Part shown: piece after piece, positions 1 through 7,658 of the stretch
Layout of the letters: each line of letters begins with the position of its first letter
Position numbering within the stretch: position 1 is the first letter of the stretch
IMG/VR virus record: IMGVR_UViG_3300036793_000081
Span: 1-27,269 of that record
Reading direction: 5' to 3' (one strand)
Source: a virus
Lineage: Duplodnaviria; Caudoviricetes
Length of the DNA stretch: 27,269 bases
Notes under the pieces: generated by a model
Databases searched by the model: none
What the model was told of the DNA's origin: nothing
The model's input: only the letters and a program-made list of their open reading frames with translations
Position numbers and translations under genes: made by a program

Positions 1-2
1 CG

Positions 3-854
3 CTGCGACCGGGTATGCTGACCATTCCCAACAGTATGATTGTTGGTATCAGTTCCCCACACAAAAAGTCGGGGTTACTGTTCCAGAAGTTTGAGGATCA
101 TTTCGGCCAGGACAATGACGATGTCCTGGTGATCAAAGCCACCACCGAACAACTCAATCCTGTCATCGAGGAGTTGTACCCTGGTGAGATACAAAAGGCG
201 TTTGAGGAAGACCCCGAATTCGCCGCCGCCGAATACGGGGCTGAGTTTCGTAGCGATCTTGCTGACTATGTTGATCGTGACGTGGTTCGTAACTGCACAG
301 ATCAAGGGGTGTTTGAGCGACCTTGGGACGAGGCCAACCGTCCGCAATACTATGCATTTGCCGACCCGTCCGGTGGCTCGCGTGACTCTTTCACCATTGC
401 CATCGCGCATGCCGAGGGTGACTTAGGCATCCTCGATCTGGTACAGGAAGTTCGTGCGCCGTTTCAACCGGAACAGGCCACCGAGATTTTGTGCGAGACT
501 TTACGCAGGTACCGCATCGGTAAGGTACTCGGTGACCGTTACGCGGGCGAATGGCCACGCGAACAATTTATCAAGCGCGGTATTTTTTACGAGCCAACCG
601 AAGTGACCAAGAGTGACATGTATGTGAATTTTCTGGCACTGTTAAATTCACGCCGTGTTCGCTTGGTCGACCACCAGAGATTGTTTAATCAGTTTTGTCA
701 GTTGGAGTTACGCACGATCCGGGGCGGTCGTGATACCGTCGATCACCCCAAGGGCGGGATGGATGATCTCGCCAACGCCGCCACCGGTGCGTTGCTCCAG
801 GTGATCGGTGACGAGCGCGCCGCCGTGGTGCGCCGCTACCTGTTAGGGAGGTGA
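3..854 (+). CDS. terL: Terminase large subunit, C-terminal part (5' truncated by window edge)
   Basis: Frame is open to the left edge. RNase H-like nuclease motifs YYAFADPSGG..DSF and DHPKGGMDDLANA; end of ATPase domain (EYGAEF); lies upstream of the portal. Confidence 0.85.
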   Translation: MRPGMLTIPNSMIVGISSPHKKSGLLFQKFEDHFGQDNDDVLVIKATTEQLNPVIEELYPGEIQKAFEEDPEFAAAEYGAEFRSDLADYVDRDVVRNCTDQGVFERPWDEANRPQYYAFADPSGGSRDSFTIAIAHAEGDLGILDLVQEVRAPFQPEQATEILCETLRRYRIGKVLGDRYAGEWPREQFIKRGIFYEPTEVTKSDMYVNFLALLNSRRVRLVDHQRLFNQFCQLELRTIRGGRDTVDHPKGGMDDLANAATGALLQVIGDERAAVVRRYLLGR

Positions 855-856
855 CC

Positions 857-1000
857 ATGCTCTCCTGGATATGGAATGGTTGCCTGCCGGGGTTTCCGTG
901 GTGGTGTGACGGCTTTGTCTGGTTCGCTCCTTTGGCCGTTGTCTTCTTTGGCGCTTGGTTGGGGTGGTCAATTAAGCGGGTAGTTAGCAAGGGGAGGTGA
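857..1000 (+). CDS. Small membrane protein (47 aa)
   Basis: GGAGGT RBS then ATG 857; MLSWIWNGCLPGFPWWCDGFVWFAPLAVVFFGAWLGWSIKRVVSKGR, one hydrophobic helix. Below the ORF track cutoff. Confidence 0.6.
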   Translation: MLSWIWNGCLPGFPWWCDGFVWFAPLAVVFFGAWLGWSIKRVVSKGR

Positions 1001-1002
1001 CC

Positions 1003-1164
1003 ATGTTAGGAATCGTCTTACTCGTTGTCCTGGTGATCCTGATCATCGGCGTCATGCCGACCTGGGGCTATTCCAGCGCCTACGGCTACGGCTATTGGCC
1101 GTCCGGCGTCCTGGGGCTGGTGTTGATCGTTATCCTCATCCTGGTGCTCCTGGGGCGCATCTGA
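1003..1164 (+). CDS. DUF3309-family small membrane protein (53 aa)
   Basis: GGAGGT RBS; MLGIVLLVVLVILIIGVMPTWGYSSAYGYGYWPSGVLGLVLIVILILVLLGRI matches the DUF3309 pattern (TM-PTW..S..GY.PSG.LG-TM-GRI). Confidence 0.8.
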   Translation: MLGIVLLVVLVILIIGVMPTWGYSSAYGYGYWPSGVLGLVLIVILILVLLGRI

Positions 1165-1376
1165 TGGCGCTCTTCGCCGAGGAGATCGCCCGCTTCCGCG
1201 ACAACCTCGATTGCCACCTGGACGATTGCGACTGGTACGAGGACAAGGATGGGGCCGCGTGGTGCCACCTGTGCAATTCGGGCTACCTGCGGAGCGCCAG
1301 AGAGCGCCTTAAGCGGTATTACGAGCGGTATGCTCAGCGGGATGCTCAGCGGGATGGCGGCTCGATAAATTCGTAG
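1164..1376 (+). CDS. Hypothetical Cys/His-containing protein (70 aa)
   Basis: TGATG stop/start coupling with the DUF3309 gene; CH...C and WCHLC motifs. Confidence 0.55.
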   Translation: MALFAEEIARFRDNLDCHLDDCDWYEDKDGAAWCHLCNSGYLRSARERLKRYYERYAQRDAQRDGGSINS

Positions 1377-1513
1377 GGCGAGCGGATCAGTTGCGGGGTT
1401 GCGATCGTCACCTGTATAGTGACGACGGATTCGCGTGGCGCGCAACTGACACAATAGGTGAAGGTGACCGCGACGGTCACGGCGGCGAGCGCAAAGGCGA
1501 TGCGGGGTAGCCG

Positions 1514-2374
1514 ATGATCCATATTCACTTCCACGACGCGTTTGTCGAAGCCGACCATCCGCGCGCTAAGGGCAGCCAGTTTCCTGGCCGCTTCGCGCCA
1601 AAGGGTGGGGCTGAGGGCTTTGTGTCACCCAACGAGGGCAATCTCGACTTCCCCACCGCGCTGAAGGCGATGCGCGGCAAACAAGAGGCAGCGTTCCGCA
1701 AACTGTCACCTGAGATCGATAGGCTGGTCGGCATCGAGGACAGCGAAACCGAACCTGTACTCGGCGCATGGAAGACCGGCGCGGAACATTCGACCATGAC
1801 CCACATGCACAATACCTCGATCGAGAAGGCCACACTGGCGCTGGCGATAAAGTCACTGGTGGCCAATCAGTTGCAGTTCCTGCGGTTTGTACCAGGAAAA
1901 GGTAACGAATATATTGCTAGCTTTGAGGCCAAAGGGTCACCGGAAGACATCCACAGTGACTTACTGAGTCACGATGTGCAGTTCCACACGCTGAAACTGA
2001 CCGAGGGTGGCGTAAAAGTGTATGTCTACGGTGCCGATCAGGACACACTCAACTCGGTGTCGGACGCGGCAAAGCGTTACGACACCGAGGTTGATGTGTT
2101 ACCGGGGAAAGGAAAGTTCATTGGCACACACAAGGAAGACGGTACGGACGAGGAACAGAGGGCGGATGCGCGACGCATCTACCAGCGAATCATTGACCGG
2201 GCTATCGCTGCCGGAAAACTGCAAGGTGATTTCAGTTCCAAGCTCGACAGTCTTAGGGATCGTTGGCATCAAACCGCCACCGGGAGCCAAGATTCACGAA
2301 GGCGACGAAGAGGATTCAACGACCGACCGATCAGAATAGGTGACCGTTACTGGCTGTATTATGTCCCGATGTGA
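1514..2374 (+). CDS. Hypothetical phage protein with N-terminal HIHFHD / DHPR..G.F motif (putative virion-associated)
   Basis: 286-aa ORF; its N-terminal motif recurs in other ORFs of this window. Confidence 0.7.
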   Translation: MIHIHFHDAFVEADHPRAKGSQFPGRFAPKGGAEGFVSPNEGNLDFPTALKAMRGKQEAAFRKLSPEIDRLVGIEDSETEPVLGAWKTGAEHSTMTHMHNTSIEKATLALAIKSLVANQLQFLRFVPGKGNEYIASFEAKGSPEDIHSDLLSHDVQFHTLKLTEGGVKVYVYGADQDTLNSVSDAAKRYDTEVDVLPGKGKFIGTHKEDGTDEEQRADARRIYQRIIDRAIAAGKLQGDFSSKLDSLRDRWHQTATGSQDSRRRRRGFNDRPIRIGDRYWLYYVPM

Positions 2375-2395
2375 CCGATGTTCAGGTGGCGCAAA

Positions 2396-2605
2396 ATGGC
2401 CATGTCATCCGATGAAGAGTTACGTCTAAAGTGTCTGGAACTGGCGTTGCACGGCAAGGAACGTGGGGTGCTCGCACGGGCGCGGAGTTACTATAGCTTC
2501 ACTAAGGGTGACAAGAAGCCGGAAGACCCGCAGGCCAAGATACCGCCGCCGTACACCCAAGAGGGTGAGGCGAATCGTGTCATGAGCATGATCAAGCCAA
2601 CGTGA
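2396..2605 (+). CDS. Hypothetical protein
   Basis: ORF with ELRLKCLELA motif seen in small phage proteins; start uncertain (2378/2396/2402). Confidence 0.55.
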   Translation: MAMSSDEELRLKCLELALHGKERGVLARARSYYSFTKGDKKPEDPQAKIPPPYTQEGEANRVMSMIKPT

Positions 2606-2712
2606 GGGAGATACTGTTACTGTTTATCGCCGCGCTTCTGGTTATGCTTGGCGCACTGGCAGTGGTGATAGTCGCAGTTCAGTTAGCAATCGGATAGAAA
2701 GGATCAAACCTA

Positions 2713-3936
2713 ATGGCACAGTCACAACAACCGCCGTCACGAGGACAGTCACAACAATCCCCGTCACGGCGACCGGAGCAATCAGAGTCACCGCATCAAC
2801 GGCAGTTCCCGCCGCGCCCGATGCCGCAGGGTAGGACTTCGCGCGTACCCTACAGGCCAAACCCCAATGGGCCGATCCCGCGCGGTAGTCAACAAGGCGG
2901 CGCTACTCGTTCGACCGATATTCCTGGTGCGACACCGCCACCTGCCGAAGGTGGTTGGGGTTACATTCCTGAGTGGGGTTGGGGTAACTTCCCGCCGCGC
3001 TCCGCGCCACCGGATGGTGGCGGTGGTGAACAACCACCTGATCCTGGCAATGGTGGTGGCGAACAACCCCCTGATCCCGGCACCGAGCCGGGTGTTGTGT
3101 TTGAGGATACCTTCCGCGCCGGTAAGCTCGACCAGGGCAATTGGTTTACGCGGTACATCTACACCGGGCCGGATGGACCGGGAACCCTCGACTATCTCAA
3201 TGATGAAGTCGAGCGGTTCCGCGAAACCGGTAACCACGAGTTTGACAATAACGGGATGCATCTGACCGCAGAGCCGAGGAGTGACCAACTCGGTGGTTTG
3301 TATCCGAGCGGGATGGTGCGGTCAAAGTCACTGTTTGATCTGGCGTCCGGTGAAGAATTCTATTTTGAGTGCCGTGCCAAGGTACCAGGAGGCCAGGGTG
3401 TGTGGCCCGCGTTCTGGCTCAGTTCCGATGCGCGCAACCCCGGTGATGTCAACACCGCGTTGTGGCCCCCCGAGATCGACATCATGGAGATTGTTAACAA
3501 TGGGGTGGAAGACACTACAATGATGTTGGGGTGTCGCTGTCAGGTTAACGACTGGAACAGTAACCCGCAGAAATACGAGGGTGTCGAGGCTGACGAGAAC
3601 TTTAACTGGGAGTTCACCTGTTGGTACGCACCGTTTGATTTCGCGCATGATTACCATCTGTTCGGGTTACACTACAAACGGCCCAACTTCACTTTCTATT
3701 GTGACCGCAGCATGATCTATGCCGGGGTCTATGACTGGGTGTGGAATGACCGCGCGCCCGCCCCGCCCGCACATGTGTTGTGTAACCTAGCCATTGGCGG
3801 TCACTGGGCCGGGCGGCACGGGATCGATGACCGCGCGTTCCCGCAGTCACTCGATGTCGATTACATCCGGGTGTATTCCAGCATCACCGGTAACTTGCCG
3901 CAGGCACAACTCGGCAAGGATTACGACATAAGATAA
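2713..3936 (+). CDS. Glycoside hydrolase family 16 protein with Pro/Gly/Gln-rich N-terminus
   Basis: GH16 catalytic motif WPPEIDIME (EIDIME ~3472-3489), GVWPAFW, NLAIGG.W and VDYIRVY. Confidence 0.85.
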   Translation: MAQSQQPPSRGQSQQSPSRRPEQSESPHQRQFPPRPMPQGRTSRVPYRPNPNGPIPRGSQQGGATRSTDIPGATPPPAEGGWGYIPEWGWGNFPPRSAPPDGGGGEQPPDPGNGGGEQPPDPGTEPGVVFEDTFRAGKLDQGNWFTRYIYTGPDGPGTLDYLNDEVERFRETGNHEFDNNGMHLTAEPRSDQLGGLYPSGMVRSKSLFDLASGEEFYFECRAKVPGGQGVWPAFWLSSDARNPGDVNTALWPPEIDIMEIVNNGVEDTTMMLGCRCQVNDWNSNPQKYEGVEADENFNWEFTCWYAPFDFAHDYHLFGLHYKRPNFTFYCDRSMIYAGVYDWVWNDRAPAPPAHVLCNLAIGGHWAGRHGIDDRAFPQSLDVDYIRVYSSITGNLPQAQLGKDYDIR

Positions 3937-4014
3937 GAACCACCGGCGACGATTAGACACACGCGCGGCAAGTGAACCCGACCATCGCATAGAAACACTT
4001 CGAGGGAGTGCCTG

Positions 4015-6171
4015 ATGGCACGGACACAACGTAGTAAGAGTGTCGCGAGCGCGGCGCGCCGGGAAGCGGCGCGTCCGTTCCCGTCCGAGGTGACACGCAG
4101 CCAGACGATCACGCGTGACACCTACCAGAACTTTATGACCCGCACAGGCATGGGTACCGATAACCTCAACAGTTACGGTACCTACGGTTACTACCCGATC
4201 ACCCGGTTACGGATTATCCTCGATTTCGCCTACCGCTCGTCGTGGATATGCCGAACCGGGGTCGAAGCGGTGGCCGAGGATATGACCCGCGAGGGTTTCA
4301 CCTTGGGTTCCGATATGGACCCGACAGAGCGCGGTGACATCGAATCTGCGTTTAACGAGGAGTTCGCGATCTGGGACAAGCTGGCGGAAACTATCACCTG
4401 GGCGCGGCTCTATGGTGGTGCCGGTGCGTTTATCATGATCGATGGGCAAGACCCCAAGACGCCGCTGCGCGCCGAGACTGTAGCAAAGAATTCCTTTTGT
4501 GGGTTGTTACCGCTCGACCGCTGGCTGATCGATCCCTCACTCACCGATCTTGTCACCGATCAACGGTCACTCGATTACGGTAAGCCGAAGTTCTACACCA
4601 CGGTGGGTGACACACCGCTACCACCCTCGACGCGGATACACCACACGCGGTTTATTCGTTTTGATGGTGTCAAGCTGCCGTATTATCAGAGACTCTCCGA
4701 AAACTTGTGGGACATGTCTGTGCTGGAACCTTTGTGGGACCGGCTGATGTCCTTTGACATGACCACCGCGAGTACCGCGCAACTGGTCAATCGCGCTAGT
4801 GTCCGCAAGCTGTTTATCGAGAAGTGGAAGGAGACAGTCGGTACTGGCGGTGACATGCTCGCGGCGCAGTTACAGGCAATCGACTTCTTGCGGTTCTATC
4901 AACAAAACGAGGGTATCTCGGTTCTCGATGCCAACGACCGCATGGAGTCCGATGTTTATTCCTTCACCGGCTTGGACGCGGTGCTGATCCAGATGGGTCA
5001 GCAAATCTCCGGTGCACTTGGTATCCCGCTAGTGAGACTCTTTGGTCAGTCACCGGTTGGTCTGAACTCAACCGGAGAGAGTGACATCCGCAACTATTAC
5101 GATATGATCAAATCTCAACAAGAACGTCGGTTCCGCAGACCGGTTGATGGTCTGATCGAGATTATCGCTAAGTCACTCGGCATCAAAATCCCCAACGGGT
5201 TTGGCTGGAACTTTAATCCGTTGTGGCAGTTGCAGGAGATCGAAAAGGTACAGATCAGTTCCGGTGTCACCCAACAAGTGTTACAGGCTTTCGAGGCTGG
5301 TGTCATCACCGATCAGGCACTGATCTTTAAGGAACTCAAGCAACAGTCACACCGCACGGGGGTGTGGACAAACATCACCGATGAGATGATCGACCAAGCC
5401 GAGAACGCGCCACCGCTTGCGCCACCAGGGGTGGGGACTCCCGGTGCAGGCGGGCCGGGCGCTGGAGGTGAGCCACCCGCACCGTCATTCCTCCCTGGAG
5501 CGGGTGGCAACGCGGCACCTCCAAAACCCGGCGGGCAGGACGAGGAGCGGTCATTCCTTCCGGGTCGTCGTGGGGGGAACAGTCACCGCTCCTCGTTCTT
5601 GCCAGGGGGTATGCGCACGATACTGGGTGCCGGTGGCGAGAAGGCAAGTGACGATGACCAACCGGAGTTACCGTTGTTTGCTAATCATCCCTCTGAGTGG
5701 ACCGTACCGCGCGACGAGGTGACCAAGAAACCCATCTTCCACATCTACACCAGTGACCAAAATCACCCGCCAAAACGGACCACGACCTATGCCGGGTTCC
5801 GGGTCGTGGTCGAGTGCGAGGAGGGTGACCAACGTCACGCCGGAAGTTCCGGCGGCGCGACCATGCTCGCACCTTACGGTTACTTCCCTGGCACGGTGGC
5901 CAATGACGGTGATTGTCTCGATGTGTTCCTGGGTCCGCACGAAGCGAGCAACCGGGTGTTCGTCATCGATACACAGGAACCCGGCACCAAGAAGTACCAC
6001 CAGCCAAAGGTGTTTCTCGGTTGGGGTACGGGTAGTGACGTCTTGAAGGTTTTCAACGGGTTCTATGCCGATGGCAGCGGGCCGGATCGCTTTATGCGTG
6101 GCAAGGAGTACACATTGGGGGATTTCCGCCAGTATTTTGACAATTTCGTAACCGAGCGAAAGGCTGTATAG
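4015..6171 (+). CDS. Portal protein (DUF1073/HI1409 type) with C-terminal inorganic-pyrophosphatase-like domain
   Basis: YRSSWICR..VE.VAEDMTREG, WARLYGG, IPLVRLFGQSPVGLNSTGESDIRNYYD, FNPLWQ. C-terminal YGYFPGT..NDGDCLDVFLG after a Pro/Gly linker. Confidence 0.9.
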   Translation: MARTQRSKSVASAARREAARPFPSEVTRSQTITRDTYQNFMTRTGMGTDNLNSYGTYGYYPITRLRIILDFAYRSSWICRTGVEAVAEDMTREGFTLGSDMDPTERGDIESAFNEEFAIWDKLAETITWARLYGGAGAFIMIDGQDPKTPLRAETVAKNSFCGLLPLDRWLIDPSLTDLVTDQRSLDYGKPKFYTTVGDTPLPPSTRIHHTRFIRFDGVKLPYYQRLSENLWDMSVLEPLWDRLMSFDMTTASTAQLVNRASVRKLFIEKWKETVGTGGDMLAAQLQAIDFLRFYQQNEGISVLDANDRMESDVYSFTGLDAVLIQMGQQISGALGIPLVRLFGQSPVGLNSTGESDIRNYYDMIKSQQERRFRRPVDGLIEIIAKSLGIKIPNGFGWNFNPLWQLQEIEKVQISSGVTQQVLQAFEAGVITDQALIFKELKQQSHRTGVWTNITDEMIDQAENAPPLAPPGVGTPGAGGPGAGGEPPAPSFLPGAGGNAAPPKPGGQDEERSFLPGRRGGNSHRSSFLPGGMRTILGAGGEKASDDDQPELPLFANHPSEWTVPRDEVTKKPIFHIYTSDQNHPPKRTTTYAGFRVVVECEEGDQRHAGSSGGATMLAPYGYFPGTVANDGDCLDVFLGPHEASNRVFVIDTQEPGTKKYHQPKVFLGWGTGSDVLKVFNGFYADGSGPDRFMRGKEYTLGDFRQYFDNFVTERKAV

Positions 6172-6212
6172 TGCGTGCCCCAGCCCTATGTGGGAAGGGA
6201 ATCAGTGACGCA

Positions 6213-6548
6213 GAGCGAGTCATATCTCCGGTTAGAATCAAGGGCGTTGAACGAGCCACCATGAATGACAGACACAATCGAGACGAGCGAGCCAGCCGAG
6301 CCGACAGATACAGGCGTGGAATGTGAGCCATGATAGCCGAAGAGACACAATAGCTCGAAGCGAGTCAGGTTGGCAGATTGAAACACGGTGGTCTGAACGA
6401 GCCACCATGAATGACAGACACAAAGGAGTCGGGCGAACCACATCTGAAAATATAGACACACGTAGTAGGAGTGAACCTGCCCAGACGAAAGACACAAATA
6501 CTCGGAGTGAGCCACAGTGATCGGATGGAAACAATAGAGGGAAGTGAC
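6213..6548 (+). repeat. TIGR-like dual-repeat array, segment 1 (9 units, ~36-nt period)
   Basis: Edge boxes at 6213, 6249, 6285, 6321, 6358, 6395, 6431, 6469, 6505, 6542 (consensus GAGYGARCCA) alternate with loop boxes (GACAGACACA-like), separated by 8-10 nt variable spacers. Confidence 0.85.
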
Positions 6549-6803
6549 ATGCTTGAAGGCTTCACCCTGTTCCGTGTCACCAAAGGGTGGCAGTGTTCCA
6601 CCAAGCAGGCCGAGCAAAACGGCTGGTCGGTGCGGATCATTGGTGACGAACAGGCACAACGCATCCTCGCCCAATTGAGTCAGGATCAGAGTACCGAAAC
6701 AGGCAATACGAACGACATCGCTAAGCGGCGTGAGTTAATAAAGCGCGTTGTCGATGTGGCAACGCAAATCCATGCCAAACGCCGTGTGATGCTCGAAGAG
6801 TGA
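6549..6803 (+). CDS. Hypothetical protein (84 aa) embedded in the array
   Basis: ATG 6549 overlaps the terminal repeat AAGTGAC-ATG, with AGAGGG upstream; stop TGA 6801-6803 is within the next edge repeat GAGTGAACCC. Confidence 0.7.
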   Translation: MLEGFTLFRVTKGWQCSTKQAEQNGWSVRIIGDEQAQRILAQLSQDQSTETGNTNDIAKRRELIKRVVDVATQIHAKRRVMLEE

Positions 6804-6954
6804 ACCCTCCAACTGGATAGAAGCATCCTACGAGAGTGAACCACTGAACATGGACAGACACATCTCACTAGAGTGAACCCTCAGACGGGATAGATACATG
6901 CAAGCGAAGAGTGAGCCATCTAGGTAGACAGACACAGTAATGAGGAGTGACACG
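6798..6954 (+). repeat. TIGR-like dual-repeat array, segment 2 (4 units)
   Basis: Edge boxes at 6798, 6834, 6871, 6909, 6945; loop boxes at 6816, 6853, 6889, 6927. Confidence 0.85.
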
Positions 6955-6956
6955 CA

Positions 6957-7157
6957 ATGAATGTCGATTTTAGTGCCGTGGAACTGGCACAGATTGTCAA
7001 GATGTGCGAAGCGGATAACATGGCGGATACCGTCATCGCCAAGATACACCACACGGCGCTGCGGGCTGTCCAGAACTTTCAAAAGGATGTGACCGAGCCA
7101 CCGGAACCGGCAGCCGACCCGCGCGAAGCGTCACAACAGTGGCGGTCACCGATCTAA
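6957..7157 (+). CDS. Hypothetical protein (66 aa) embedded in the array
   Basis: GAGGAG RBS is formed by the spacer/edge junction; stop TAA 7155-7157 lies in the edge variant ATCTAAACCC. Confidence 0.7.
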   Translation: MNVDFSAVELAQIVKMCEADNMADTVIAKIHHTALRAVQNFQKDVTEPPEPAADPREASQQWRSPI

Positions 7158-7658
7158 ACCCTATCGGTTGACAGAAACAAGGGAAAGAAGTGAGCCAAAA
7201 ATGACCAAGTAGAATCATTTGGTTTGTGTGGGCCATTTGAAGCGACAGACACATGCAAGATGAGTGAACCCTCGCTTGAGACAGAAACAGCCAGACGGAG
7301 TGAACCACTACAGTTGACAGACACATACAGATTGAGTGAGCCGTCAATGGAGATTGGACACAAATAGGATGTGCGCTTTCTGTTACGGTGCCAGGGCAGC
7401 GTTGTGGCGTATGGTCAAGCGTGGGCAGTACCTGCATACAGCCACGGGAATGGACAGACACAGGGCGATGAGTGAGCCAGTCACTAAGACAGAGACAAAT
7501 AGAGAGAGTGAGCCGGGTAGATTGAGAGACGCAGGCCACGGGAGTGAACCCGAAATTGCAACAGACACATGACGCGAGAGTGAACCCAGATCAGCAATAG
7601 ATACATGCTTGCGGAGTGAACCAACTTAGGCGATAGACACAGTCCAGGTGAGTGACTA
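7152..7658 (+). repeat. TIGR-like dual-repeat array, segment 3 (~12 units, one ~64-nt interruption)
   Basis: Edge boxes at 7152, 7188, 7226, 7262, 7298, 7334, (7435), 7470, 7506, 7542, 7578, 7614, 7650; exact 36-nt spacing over 7226-7334 and 7470-7650. Confidence 0.85.

Noticed and set aside
1330-1356. ATGCTCAGCGGG tandem duplication
   Set aside because: Only two copies, in frame (AQRD AQRD); a trivial slippage event.
6213-7658. CRISPR array interpretation
   Set aside because: Conserved boxes are only ~10 nt and of two alternating kinds, and the variable parts are 8-10 nt. CRISPR needs one ~23-47 nt repeat with ~25-45 nt spacers. No cas genes are present.
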